In this document: positions 20,668-31,683 of the stretch, one piece after another
How positions within the stretch are numbered: the first letter of the stretch is position 1
Layout of the letters: each line of letters opens with the position of its first letter
Source: an uncultured Syntrophomonadaceae bacterium
Lineage (GTDB): Bacteria; Bacillota; Dethiobacteria; DTU022
DNA: 64,000 bases
Direction of reading: 5' to 3'
NCBI GenBank assembly: GCA_964506505.1
Contig: CAZDKY010000021.1
Coordinates: 4,010-68,009, forward strand
Program-made: the position numbers and the translations under genes
The notes under the pieces: model-generated
Database searches by the model: none
What the model was told of the DNA's origin: nothing
The model's input: the letters and a program-made list of their open reading frames with translations, nothing else

Positions 20668-22896
20668 ATGAAAAAGTTAGCGCTGGCCATCTTGATTATC
20701 TCCATAGCGGGTGTTTCAGTTTTTATGGTTTATCAGGCAAGTGTTATTGATCTCGTTATTAATGGTGAGCTAATCGAGCTGGATAACCCGGTAATAGTAG
20801 AGGATGAAGTAATATTTGTTCCCGCGCAGCCTGTCTTTGAAAGATTGGGCGCCTACACAAGGTGGAATCCCGGCAATAAAGTATTCTCCGCAAGCCTTGG
20901 CGAATTCGCTGTTCACCTCCCCACCGACAGCCATGAAGTAAAAATTGACGGTGAAACTGTTACCTGGGAAACATCAGTAAAACTGATCGATGATACAGTC
21001 TATACACCCGTAGAGCCAACTGCGGAAGCGCTGGGAGCCTTTGTGGAGTGGAATGAAGAAACAAGAGAAGTAATCATTTCCACCCCGCAGGAATTTGATC
21101 CGGAAATAGACGAAGAGCAAGAGGAGCCACTATTACATGTTGCTTATCCACCTGAACAACAAATCAGTTATTACGCCGACTCTTTATTTGTATTCGGAAC
21201 AACAAAGTCTTATTCGCAAATTGATGTTACAGTAAACGGGGAACCGGTAGACTTGCTAAACAGGAGAACGGGAAACTTTCTTACGATGGTAGATCTTCCC
21301 CGTGGCGAAGATTTCATTGTTAAAGTGGAGGCCAGTGACGGCGTTGAAATCACTACGGTTGAAAGAACGGTGATTTTTCCCGAAGGCTTGCGGACCATGC
21401 CTGAGGAACCACTAGAAATTCATTCCTCCCATTTAATCCCCAACCAGGATCAGCTTTTAAATCCGGGAGACACCTTGCTAATAGTGGTCCGGGGAAGTCC
21501 GGGAGCTAGAGCACATTATCAAATCGGCGAAGGCCGTAATATTGCAATGACAGAATTGGAATATTCCACAGGACCCGTGGGAAGAGGCGGCATTTATACC
21601 GCTACATACACAGTAAGCGCGCACGATGCGCCGGATTCAGGATTATCTGATACCATGCCTGTTAATGTAACTTTAGAAAGAGAAGGGGAAAAGATCAGCC
21701 GCGAATTACCGGGCCGGGTGGCCTTCCTTTCCGATCTTCCCTATAAAGTGTTAGAGGTCCAGGAGGAGTCTGAACTGAAATTCACAGGCTGGTTTTGGAT
21801 TACCCGTGATGATTCTTATCAGCTTTATTCCGACACCCGGGGCGGCACCGGTTACCCTGATGACGTTGCCAGTTATCTTACTGAAGGGACCCGCTTCGAA
21901 GCTGTAGGATCCTCCGGAGACTATTACCGGGTAAGGCTTGAAGAAAACGAGACCTACCTGCTGCATAAAGAAGCAGTTCGAGAATTAGAAGACAAAGATT
22001 CCCTTGAACCTATCTTGTCGGAAATAGAATTGTCAGAAACCGATGAAAAAGTAAGCCTTCGTCTGAAGGCTTCTGAACGGTTCCCCTTCCTTATCGATAG
22101 CAGCACAAATCAGCTTGAGATTAAACTGTACGGAATAGAAAAAGATGAGGATTTGATCCTACCGGAGATACCTGGTTCGGTGCAAGAGTTGACCCTCGAG
22201 CCCATGGCAGGGGAGCCCAATACGCTGGTATTAAAAATAAAGCTTAATCAAACCTTTACCGGTTTTACCCCGTCGTGGGAAGACACCGCCCTGACATTTG
22301 AGCTCGACAAACCGCCCCAGATAGATGAAGGAAAACCCTTACAAGGCAAAACCATAGTTATTGATCCGGGACACGGAGGAGAAGATCCGGGAGCAATCGG
22401 ACCGGGCGATATTCATGAAAAAGATGTAGTGCTATCCATAGGTTTGCATCTCAGGGATCTTTTAACAGAAGAAGGCGCAAATGTGATCATGACCCGCACT
22501 GAAGATATAGATGTAGATCTCTATGAAAGGCCCAGAGCAGAACATCTAGATGAAACCGATTTTTTTATCAGTGTTCACGCCAACGCTCACGGCCCCGGTA
22601 CAGATGCAGTTGATACTCACGGGATAATGACCCTCTACAACTATGATCATAACGAAAAACTGGCAGATATTATGCTTAACACGGTGGCCGAAGAAATGGA
22701 CCTGCCGGCCATGTACACCTGGAGAAGGAATTATGCTGTAACCAGGTATACTCAATTTCCCTGTGTTTTAGTTGAAGCCGGGTATATGATGCATCCTGAG
22801 GATAATTGGCATATTTTTCACCCCAGGGGACAGAAAGAGTTTGCCATGGCGATGAAAGATTGCATCAAAGAATATTTCCTTTCCTTCGATCGATGA
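20668..22896 (+). CDS. N-acetylmuramoyl-L-alanine amidase (Amidase_3) with N-terminal copper-amine-oxidase-like stalk domain
   Basis: IVIDPGHGGED, EKDVVL, FISVHANA, VLVEAGYM; signal peptide. Confidence 0.85.
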   Translation: MKKLALAILIISIAGVSVFMVYQASVIDLVINGELIELDNPVIVEDEVIFVPAQPVFERLGAYTRWNPGNKVFSASLGEFAVHLPTDSHEVKIDGETVTWETSVKLIDDTVYTPVEPTAEALGAFVEWNEETREVIISTPQEFDPEIDEEQEEPLLHVAYPPEQQISYYADSLFVFGTTKSYSQIDVTVNGEPVDLLNRRTGNFLTMVDLPRGEDFIVKVEASDGVEITTVERTVIFPEGLRTMPEEPLEIHSSHLIPNQDQLLNPGDTLLIVVRGSPGARAHYQIGEGRNIAMTELEYSTGPVGRGGIYTATYTVSAHDAPDSGLSDTMPVNVTLEREGEKISRELPGRVAFLSDLPYKVLEVQEESELKFTGWFWITRDDSYQLYSDTRGGTGYPDDVASYLTEGTRFEAVGSSGDYYRVRLEENETYLLHKEAVRELEDKDSLEPILSEIELSETDEKVSLRLKASERFPFLIDSSTNQLEIKLYGIEKDEDLILPEIPGSVQELTLEPMAGEPNTLVLKIKLNQTFTGFTPSWEDTALTFELDKPPQIDEGKPLQGKTIVIDPGHGGEDPGAIGPGDIHEKDVVLSIGLHLRDLLTEEGANVIMTRTEDIDVDLYERPRAEHLDETDFFISVHANAHGPGTDAVDTHGIMTLYNYDHNEKLADIMLNTVAEEMDLPAMYTWRRNYAVTRYTQFPCVLVEAGYMMHPEDNWHIFHPRGQKEFAMAMKDCIKEYFLSFDR

Positions 22897-23292
22897 AAAA
22901 AATAACGGTGGAAGGTAAAGACGGTATTATTTGCCAGACGGCAAGTTAACGGCCATCACGGCAGTCTGTAGATCTCTTAATAGAGGAAAGTTATGAAGAT
23001 TTGCTCTCACAATAAACTATAGGGTCTTCATTTCCGCTGTTCTAAAGCCTTTAGCGGTTTTTCAGCCTTGATTTGTTGCACTTCTGTTGCACTAACCCAA
23101 AAAAGCCCCTATGGTTAAAGGCTTTCCGGGTGTAAAAATAACATTCAATTAAAATGGTAAATAATATATTCAACTCAATTAATGACTTTCATAGAGGATG
23201 TAGCCCAGTATTTGCCGGGCATAAATTAAAAAAGTGCTTAGATGTGAACAAAGACAATATACCTTTTATTGCCCTGCCTCCTGAGATGATAA

Positions 23293-23475
23293 TTACTCCT
23301 CTTCGATCAAATCGATGGCTCCCCGGCTGCATACTTCATAGCAGTCCCCACACTGCTGACATTTATCCTGATCAATATAATAAAGAGGATACCCTTTCAC
23401 AATCGCTCCTGAAGGGCAAACCGTTATACAGGTATCGCAAAAAACACATTTATCATTGATAACATATTTAGCCAT
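23293..23475 (-). CDS. 2[4Fe-4S] ferredoxin
   Basis: CVFCDTCITVCP and CQQCGDCYEVCS. Confidence 0.9.
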   Translation of the reverse strand: MAKYVINDKCVFCDTCITVCPSGAIVKGYPLYYIDQDKCQQCGDCYEVCSRGAIDLIEEE

Positions 23476-23514
23476 ATTGCTTCTCCTTCTATCACCCTGC
23501 AGTAAGGATTTTAT

Positions 23515-23781
23515 TTAGATTAAATGACAATTGCATAGATTGGAAATGCTTATCGACAGGGCATATTTAAAACCCTGTCGATTCATTTTAGAAGCAATCT
23601 CTTCAAGTAACGAAAATATTTTACTACTCTCACCGAATACAATTGTCGACATGGCTCCCGTTTCATATTGAAGATCGCTGGCAACTATAATCTTTAGCAC
23701 TTCCTTTACCTCTTCATTAACCCCGGTAGTAGCAAGGGGGTAATAACTAAACTGGCAGGAAATTATTGTTTGATCTTCCAT
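23515..23781 (-). CDS. YkoF/thiamine-binding (MTH1187-like) protein
   Basis: MEDQTIISCQFSYYPL...GAMSTIVFGE; start set at ATG 23781. Confidence 0.7.
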   Translation of the reverse strand: MEDQTIISCQFSYYPLATTGVNEEVKEVLKIIVASDLQYETGAMSTIVFGESSKIFSLLEEIASKMNRQGFKYALSISISNLCNCHLI

Positions 23782-24485
23782 AAGATACAGAAAAAGCCTC
23801 CTCTCACCCGACCGGCGAACCTCTTTTCCTCTTCCCATGAAATTTCATCCTCCGGAGCATCAGGAGGAATGAAAAGGCATTCTTGTGTGGCCACAAGGTT
23901 GGGACGATCAATTTTTTCAAGCTCTTCGGGGATCCTTAAAATGGCATGGTGGAAAACCGATGTTTCACTTCTACTCTGCTCTCTGTACAGTTCTCCCCAG
24001 GTAGAATCACGGTTAATAGTCCCAATTAAAATCTTTCCACCTGGTTTGACAACTCTTTTCATCTCCTGGTAAGCCCTCTTAATATCGGGCACGAATTCAA
24101 CAGCAGCCATTGATATTACGCCATCAAAAAAATCATCTTCAAATTTCAAATCTATAATATCCTGCCTGTAGAAAAGAATATCAAATCCCCGGGCCGATGC
24201 TTTAAGACGGGCTTTCTCCAACATCGGTTCCGCTACATCAACCCCGGTCACCCGGCAGCCTTTTCCAGCCAGTTTAATACTGAAATTACCTGTGCCACAA
24301 CCAACATCGAGGATTTTCTCTTTGGTAGACGGCTGGAAAAGTTCAAAAGCGGTTTTCGTCTCTATTTCATCTACAATATTCCCTTTTTTTGTGTTATACC
24401 AGCTGTCATAATTATCCGCCTTATGCGAATTGAAAACCAGTCTGTCTTCCTTTTCTGAATACGATTGCCGCTTCTCTTCAGACAT
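23763..24485 (-). CDS. Class I SAM-dependent methyltransferase
   Basis: ILDVGCGTG, RVVKPGG. Confidence 0.9.
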   Translation of the reverse strand: MSEEKRQSYSEKEDRLVFNSHKADNYDSWYNTKKGNIVDEIETKTAFELFQPSTKEKILDVGCGTGNFSIKLAGKGCRVTGVDVAEPMLEKARLKASARGFDILFYRQDIIDLKFEDDFFDGVISMAAVEFVPDIKRAYQEMKRVVKPGGKILIGTINRDSTWGELYREQSRSETSVFHHAILRIPEELEKIDRPNLVATQECLFIPPDAPEDEISWEEEKRFAGRVRGGFFCILWKIKQ

Positions 24486-24941
24486 ACTGCTAAAACCTCA
24501 CCTTCAATCATTATCATGCATTCCAGATCATTAAATCTGTTTATAGTTCAAATATTTATTAATATATTTCTTTCCACCCTATATTTATTACCCTATCCTT
24601 TTTTAATTTTATTCACTCATCTAGGTCTCGTCAGGAGGCCTAACTCTTATTCCTGCGTTAAGGTTTAATAGCCTTTGGTTCTTTATTTACGGATTTTACT
24701 AAACACAGCGATGGGAAAATGCTTTCAAATACTTTAAATATTTATTCTTTTAATGTTAAAAGAAGCGTTCAAATTTTATTATAACCAATTAACCATACAA
24801 ATCAAAATAGCGGTTAATCACGTTTATGTTTTTTCTTGTTGATTATCATGCAAATGTCTTTAAAATATTATCAATATTGTGTTATAATAGCAATAGAAAG
24901 TTAGTAAATACTAACATCATATTAAAAAGGAGCGGCTCAAA

Positions 24942-25400
24942 ATGAAAATTTTGGCTTGTACGGACGGTTCAAAAAACAGTCGGAAAGCCCTGGAAAAAGC
25001 TTCATTAATTGCCGCCGGATGTAATGTCAGTGAAGTAGCAGTAATTCATGTTTACCAGCCAACCTTTAATTTTTCCACCAGCTGGGAAGGCAGACAACGT
25101 ACCCTCACGGAAGGAGAGATAGAAACCCTTCGTAAGCTGCACGCTGAAGAACGAGAAGAAAGAAAAGAAATTATGAAAGATGCTGTTGATTTATGTAAGG
25201 AAAAGGACATTATTCCCTGCGAAATAATGAAAGAAGGTCCCGTCGCTCATACTATTGTCACGACAGCCCGTGAAGAAGGTTTCGACACCATCGTGATCGG
25301 CAGCAGGGGACTGGGTGGATTGAAAAAATTATTCCTGGGTAGTGTAAGCAGCGCTGTAGTTCAGGAAGCACAAGATTGTTCTGTCCTGGTCGTTAAATAA
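24942..25400 (+). CDS. Universal stress protein
   Basis: KILACTDGS, IVIGSRGLGG...LGSVS. Confidence 0.92.
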   Translation: MKILACTDGSKNSRKALEKASLIAAGCNVSEVAVIHVYQPTFNFSTSWEGRQRTLTEGEIETLRKLHAEEREERKEIMKDAVDLCKEKDIIPCEIMKEGPVAHTIVTTAREEGFDTIVIGSRGLGGLKKLFLGSVSSAVVQEAQDCSVLVVK

Positions 25401-25563
25401 ACTCAATAAACACAGGGAAAGGTTCTTTTGTGTCAGTGAACACGATAAACACAAGGAAACGGTGCCGACTCCTCCAGGAATAACGATCATTTCCTAATTA
25501 CGATAAAAGGGCCGACCTTCAACAAGGCCGGCCCTTTCTGGTTAATTGATCAAAACAGGATTA

Positions 25564-26559
25564 CTATTCGGTAACAACGGGAAGTCCTTCTTTTTCAACC
25601 CAACCATCACGGATACCAAACTGCACTGAATAAGCATCAAAACCGAGCAGGCGAAGGACACCTACTGTCTGACCGGCGGTCTGGCCGGAATAGCAACCCA
25701 CGGCGATAGGCCGGGTGCTGGGCAGATCTTCGAGCAGATTACTCACTTCGCTCCAGGGGCTGTGCACAGAACCGGCAATATGGCCTGCAGCATAGTCATC
25801 GGCGGAGCGGATATCGAGCACATAGAAAGAATTGGGATTTGCTTCCAAAGCATCATTAAGCTCCGGACCGGGAATAATATTGTTATCCGAAGCTACAGCG
25901 GCGAAGAATTCTTTAGCCGCTTCCCAGATGATCTCTTCTTTTTCAGCTGCCGGTGAAGATACACTGTCCAGGTCGCCTGCAGCGTTCATACCCGTTTCAT
26001 CAAGGGGCAATCCGGCCGCTTCGACCCAGCCCAGGCTGATCCCCGACTGCAACGATTTAACATTGTCAAATCCGGCCATTCTCAGAACTGCAACGGTCTG
26101 ACCGGCGGTCTGACCTGAATAGCAAGTCACCACTACCGGCTTATTCTGGGGAATCCGATCCATTATATTCCCTACTTCAGCCCAGGCGCTGTGAACTGCA
26201 CCGGGGATATGTCCTGCCTCAAAATCTTCAGCACTGCGGATATCCAGAATAAAAATGGAATTTGGATTGCTATCCAGCATCTCTTTAACATCTGCCGGAG
26301 GCATTATGTTGTTATCTGTAGCTGTTTTAGCAAAATAATCTTTTGCCGCTTCCAGCAAAACTGCTCCGGCATCGAGAGCCTCTTCAGGCTCATCAGTTTC
26401 CTCCTCGGGTTCTTCCACCGCCTCTTCATCTGCCTGTTCTTCATCTACTACCTCTTCTTCCGGCGTTTCGACAGCTTCTTCGGTTTCACAGCCAACCAGG
26501 CCGAAAACCATAACCCCCATGAATAATACGACAAGCAACAAACTAAAAAGCTTCTTCAT
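25564..26559 (-). CDS. Lipoprotein with two rhodanese (sulfurtransferase) domains
   Basis: Lipobox LVGC, acidic linker, two LDIRS...GHI.G repeats with CYSGQTA active-site loops. Confidence 0.88.
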   Translation of the reverse strand: MKKLFSLLLVVLFMGVMVFGLVGCETEEAVETPEEEVVDEEQADEEAVEEPEEETDEPEEALDAGAVLLEAAKDYFAKTATDNNIMPPADVKEMLDSNPNSIFILDIRSAEDFEAGHIPGAVHSAWAEVGNIMDRIPQNKPVVVTCYSGQTAGQTVAVLRMAGFDNVKSLQSGISLGWVEAAGLPLDETGMNAAGDLDSVSSPAAEKEEIIWEAAKEFFAAVASDNNIIPGPELNDALEANPNSFYVLDIRSADDYAAGHIAGSVHSPWSEVSNLLEDLPSTRPIAVGCYSGQTAGQTVGVLRLLGFDAYSVQFGIRDGWVEKEGLPVVTE

Positions 26560-26822
26560 AATTTTTCCTCCTTTATTAATATATCTTCTTAAAAACAGGT
26601 ATTTTTGATTTTAGCTTGTGTATTGTAACTTATTATTTATGAACTTTCAAGGTATTATTTAACATATATCTTTTTAATTTATTATTTTCAGATCACTAAT
26701 ATCAATTTACTTATGGTATCAGCTTATGAGTATACAACATGTTATACCTGGAATTTATTAAAAATAGGCAGCAATCCCTAAACATAACTGCTGCCATTCC
26801 TGATTATAAATTTATCTTGTTA

Positions 26823-27038
26823 TCACCTGGCCATCAGGGTCCCACATTTGGGGCACTTAATCTGATTGCATGGTGTTCCTGCCTGATGAGCAATGCGGTG
26901 ACCACAGTTCGGGCATACACATTCACCACCCACGCCAAACCCGGCTCCGCCCATGCGGGCTTTTCCACCACCCTGACCGAGGCCACGGCCTGTTCCCGGC
27001 CCTTCTCCCCTCGGTCCGCTACCATCTCCTCTGGGCAT
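26823..27038 (-). CDS. Small Gly-rich, Cys-rich protein (DUF5320-like N-terminus plus CxCPxC...CPKC metal-binding tail)
   Basis: MPRGDGSGPRGEGPGTGRGLG...CVCPNCG...PCNQIKCPKCG; RBS GGAGG. Confidence 0.7.
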   Translation of the reverse strand: MPRGDGSGPRGEGPGTGRGLGQGGGKARMGGAGFGVGGECVCPNCGHRIAHQAGTPCNQIKCPKCGTLMAR

Positions 27039-27116
27039 AATAATCACCTCCTCTTCGGGATAAAAAGGCCGACCTCTTGTAAGGCCGGCCCCTTTTTATT
27101 AACTTGCCAAGTATTA

Positions 27117-29300
27117 TTATTCAGTAACAAGAGGAAGTCCATCATTTCCAATCCATCCGTTACTTATGCCAGACTGCACGGAATAAGCGTCAAAACCGAG
27201 CAAACGAAGAACGCCTATTGTCTGACCGGCAGTCTGACCGGAATAGCAACCCACAACAATGGGCTTGGCACCAGGTAAATCTTCCAGCAGGTTGCCCATT
27301 TCAGCCCAGGCGCTGTGAATTGCACCGGCAATATGACCCTCAGCATAATCTTCGGCCGAACGGATGTCGATTACATAGAAGGCATTTGGATTGGATTCCA
27401 GTGCTCCATGTAACTCCGGACCGGGGATTATATTATTACCTGAAGCCACAGCGGCAAAGAATTCTTTGGCCGCTTCCCAGATAATTTCTTCTTTTCCATC
27501 AGCCGGTGATGAAACACTGTCCAGGTCGGCGGCAGCGTTCATGCCCGTTTCATCCAAAGGCAGTCCGGCCGATTCTAACCAGCCCATGCTGATTCCCGAC
27601 TGAATGGATTTGACATTTTCAAACCCGGCCATCCTCAGAACGGCAACGGTCTGAGCAGCGGTCTGACCAGAATAACAGCCAACCACTACCGGTTTGGTTC
27701 GGGGAATGCGGTCCAAGATGTTACCCACTTCAGCCCAGGCACTGTGAACGGCACCGGGAATATGCCCCGCTTCAAAATCATCTGCACTGCGGATATCCAG
27801 CACAAAAATGGAATTCGGGTTACTATCCAGCATCGCTTTAACATCTGCCGGAGGCATAATATTATTATCTGTAGCTACTTCGACAAAATAATTTTTTGCA
27901 GCTTCCAGCAAAACTTCTCCGGCGTCGATAGCCTCTCCCGACTCTTTGTCTTCTTGATCCGACTCTTCACCCGATGTTTCTTCCTGAACTATTTCTCTCA
28001 ACACATCCACCTGTGGTATCGATCTGACAACCAGATTCAGATTGGCCTTGCTGTCATTTTCTACTAAATCGCTTTCCCCCAGGAAGAGGTATTCATTACC
28101 GTGACAGGCTTCGCAGCTTTCGTTCTGCATGGTCAGCCGCTGGACATTATGCATTGACGAATATTTCCAGTTAGGAATTTCGTCATAATTTGGCAGTTCA
28201 CCATCAATTGCAGCCAACGTATCCGGAGCTGTTGGAACATGACGCAGGGAAATATATTCATAGGGACGTTCTTCTGTCCGATCGGGGTTTAAACCGATTT
28301 TAAACATAATCCTTTCAGTACCTGTGGTACTGGCCAGCGCTCCATCTTCAGTCATCATTACGTGGCAATCATAGCAATTGTTATTAGCAGAACCATGGCA
28401 GACCTGGCAGTTCATTGTATCTTCAGAATGGGCTTTGTGAGCCAGAACATCGCTATCTTCATAAACATTGCCATGGCAATCAGAGCAACTGGGCAAATCA
28501 GCTTCAAAACGGTTATTTTCCGGCTCCCCGCTGCCGTGGAAGTTGCTCTGGTCATGACAGTCGGTGCAGGTCATTCCCGCATCGAAATGAACATCCGATG
28601 TGTAGCCAACCAAACCCATAAATTCACCGGCTACACGGGCACCGTGGCATCCGTAGCATGTCTCTTCAACCGGCGGGTTCTCAGCAAACATGTGCTCAGA
28701 ATGAAGTCCCCCGGTATAAACCTGCGGCCTGCTGACATGGCATGAGCCACATCCCGAATGGCAGTGAGAACAATTGTCATCAAAGGCATACTGATATGGG
28801 CTTCCTTCCTCCATGGTAGAACCATCGTAGGTAAAGGCTTCCAGCCCTTCCCTCATGCCCTGGACTGTATAATGAATAGACCCGGCAAAAGTAGCACCCT
28901 GTTCTTCGTGGCAGGTCGCGCAAAGAGCTCCCCCTCCCTCCGCGGAAGGTTGAGTAATCAACCCCTGGTGTGCTTCCTCCTTGTTGGTAACATTCTGTCC
29001 GCTGTGGCAGGTAATGCAGCCTAATTCGCCGTGGGCGGTTTCAACAAAATCTGGATTAACATAGAACAGTTCCTGACCCCCCAACTGGGGTCCGGCGACA
29101 CCTCAACCGGCACCAGCAGATGCTTCAGGAATTTCGTACATCGATTCCATTGTTCCAGCATCCAGGTGACAAGCCATGCAACCATCACTGGGTGTGGCTC
29201 CAAGAGCCGGAGCTGTATTAACATACCAGATTACTACTGCAAAAACTAAAACCACTGATGAAACCAAAAATATTAATGATTCCTTTCTACGTTTTGCCAA
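27117..29300 (-). CDS. Putative selenocysteine-containing 11-heme cytochrome c fused to two rhodanese domains (about 727 aa)
   Basis: ORFs 29103..29300 and 27117..29084 are in frame across TGA 29103-29105 (ASAGAG-U-GVAGPQLGG). 11 CxxCH motifs, N-terminal signal/anchor, two CYSGQTA rhodanese loops. Confidence 0.8.
29070..29102 (-). promoter_or_regulatory. Putative SECIS of the multiheme-rhodanese gene
   Basis: GGACCCC-AGTT-GGGGGGTC hairpin, loop G at +18 from the UGA. Confidence 0.65.
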
Positions 29301-29523
29301 AACCCCACCTCCTAATGCTGTTTAAACGATACAACCATATTTTACATATGCCAGATTAAATGATAGCTTATAACTTTCAATGTGATTCTTATTCATAACC
29401 GCTTTTTATTATATCATAATCGTGCCGGAGAGGCTATAGAAATGGTTATTTAAATTACCATCAAAATTACCATCAAAATTAAAAATTTCAAATATAATTT
29501 GATATCTAATCCGTTTGATTCCC

Positions 29524-31683
29524 TCAGGTTGTGAAACGCCTCCAAACGGCAATCGCCGTGCCGGCAACCAGCAGAACCGCACCAATGGCAAGGATCGAAA
29601 TGAGTGGCTTTATTTTGACCTCGGCAATAAATATTTCTTCCTCCTCTACAACACTCTCGCCACCCTCAAAGGTAAGCTGCACCATACCACTATCAGCATC
29701 GATCTCTTCCATGATAATTCTTTCCCCCCCGGGCAGGATAGCAGGATTATTGATTCGCTCCGCCGGATTCTGAACGATCGTAGGCATGTACTCGCGGAAA
29801 CCATCGCCACCATCCACCTCCAGCAGTGCACCCACCTCAATTACTTCGGCCTCGGAATGGGATGCAAAAGAAAAATCGCGGAACACTATCAGGTAATCTC
29901 CGACCCGATATTGTTCATCTTTAGCCAGGATAAACGTTTCTCCGCCTCCGACAATCTGCAGCTCCATGGGACTGATGTATAAATCACTTAAAATGTTGTG
30001 ATGAATTGCCGGTGAACGCATCACTTGCTCTCCAGCAGTATAAATATTGGGCCTGGCAATGATCACCTGTGTTCCGTCTTCGACCTGGACCACCGGGTAG
30101 TTGTTTTTCCCCTCGACAGTGAGCCCGAGATAGGTAAATTCCAGGCCCAATGCCTCTACCGTCTCTCCCTTTTTGAGATTAAGAAGCTGCGACTCAGTGT
30201 AAAAAGTGGAAGCAAGGACCCCGATAAAAAGCAGAGCAAGTCCGACATGGGCCAGGTAAGCCCCGCTAAATTTCAAGCCCGCCTTCACAGTCCTTACCAG
30301 CCAAACGACATTTACGGCAAGGGCCAGGGTCATTATCCCAATGAAAAGTAAATCAAAAAAAGAATTAACGCCGGCCAGGTAAGCAACAATCAATGCTACA
30401 GGGAAAATAATGAGGATCTTTTTTAACCTGGTAAAGACAACTTTAAACACCGCGTTTTTCCAGCCCAGCAGCGGGCATACAATCAAAACAATAAAAAGAA
30501 GTAAAAACAAAGGGCTATTGGTCTGAAAATAAAACTGCTCATCTACACTGGCCGGGGAACCGAACAACCCGGTCAGAATAGGAGAAAGTGTGCCCAGCAG
30601 GACCAGCAGAGATGAAAGGCAAAGCACAACCATTGTTATTACGAAACTGCCCTGGCGGGAGAAAAATCCTTCCGAAGAGCTCTGAACCGGCATAAATTTA
30701 AACCTGGCTATATAAAGTACCAGACCCGGAACCAGATAGATGAGAACAAAGATTCCCAGTACATAGGTCAGGGCTGTTTCGGCAAAGGCGTGCACGGAAT
30801 AGTCGGCCATAACCCCACCGCGAGTGAGGAAAGTAGCGGTAATTATAAGAACAAAAGTGATAATGGCCAGTAAAAGATTGCTTTTTACAAAGCGGCCTTT
30901 TTGCTTCTGGCCAACAAGCCCATGCACAAGAGCCGTAGCCGTCAGCCAGGGAACCAGGGATGCGTTTTCCACAGGGTCCCAGCCCCAGTAACCGCCCCAG
31001 CCCAAAACCCGGTAGGCCCATGCCGCTCCGATAAATATTCCCGCTCCCAGGAAAAGCCATCCAGCTCCGGCCCATGGAAGAGCGCGCAGGAAACCCACTG
31101 ACCAGTCTTTTTTCCAGAGAGCAGCAACTGCATAGGCAAAAGGAATAGTAAGCAGGGCATATCCGATAAAGACAATCGGAGGATGGATAACCATCCACGG
31201 ATCCATCAACAAAGGATTCATTCCCATACCGTCAGCCGGAACCCGGCCGAGGTCATAAAAAGGAGTTTCCAGGAAAAGAAAGATCATCAGGAATAACTGC
31301 CCCAGGAGAATAAAAGGCATCACCGCTGGCAACAGCTCTTTTTCTTTTTTCATCAGCAAATAACCGGCCAGGGCAGCCATCAAAGCCCATAGCAGAAAAG
31401 TGCCTTCCTGGCCGGCCCAGAAAGAGGAGACCAGGTACTTTAAAGGCAATTCGAGGTTGGTATGTGCAAAAACATAGTAATACTGGAACTGGTGAGTCAG
31501 CAGGACATACATCAGGTAAACGGAAGCGATTATAATACCCGCCGTATGCAAATGGTAAAAGACATAGGCATAATCAATACCAGCCGATTTGCCGGATTGC
31601 GATGAAATTGCTTTTTTCAAAAATAGTATTGCCGCCGCAAGTGCGGATCCAAAAGCAATCAGAATACCAATATTACCGATCAT
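29524..31683 (-). CDS. ccmF: Cytochrome c heme lyase CcmF
   Basis: FWAGQEG, MVIHPP, WAYRVLGWGGYWGWDPVENASLVPW, SVHAF. Confidence 0.95.
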   Translation of the reverse strand: MIGNIGILIAFGSALAAAILFLKKAISSQSGKSAGIDYAYVFYHLHTAGIIIASVYLMYVLLTHQFQYYYVFAHTNLELPLKYLVSSFWAGQEGTFLLWALMAALAGYLLMKKEKELLPAVMPFILLGQLFLMIFLFLETPFYDLGRVPADGMGMNPLLMDPWMVIHPPIVFIGYALLTIPFAYAVAALWKKDWSVGFLRALPWAGAGWLFLGAGIFIGAAWAYRVLGWGGYWGWDPVENASLVPWLTATALVHGLVGQKQKGRFVKSNLLLAIITFVLIITATFLTRGGVMADYSVHAFAETALTYVLGIFVLIYLVPGLVLYIARFKFMPVQSSSEGFFSRQGSFVITMVVLCLSSLLVLLGTLSPILTGLFGSPASVDEQFYFQTNSPLFLLLFIVLIVCPLLGWKNAVFKVVFTRLKKILIIFPVALIVAYLAGVNSFFDLLFIGIMTLALAVNVVWLVRTVKAGLKFSGAYLAHVGLALLFIGVLASTFYTESQLLNLKKGETVEALGLEFTYLGLTVEGKNNYPVVQVEDGTQVIIARPNIYTAGEQVMRSPAIHHNILSDLYISPMELQIVGGGETFILAKDEQYRVGDYLIVFRDFSFASHSEAEVIEVGALLEVDGGDGFREYMPTIVQNPAERINNPAILPGGERIIMEEIDADSGMVQLTFEGGESVVEEEEIFIAEVKIKPLISILAIGAVLLVAGTAIAVWRRFTT

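Noticed and set aside
29335-29360. Sigma54 promoter upstream of the multiheme gene
   Set aside because: TGGCA is present but there is no TTGC at -12.
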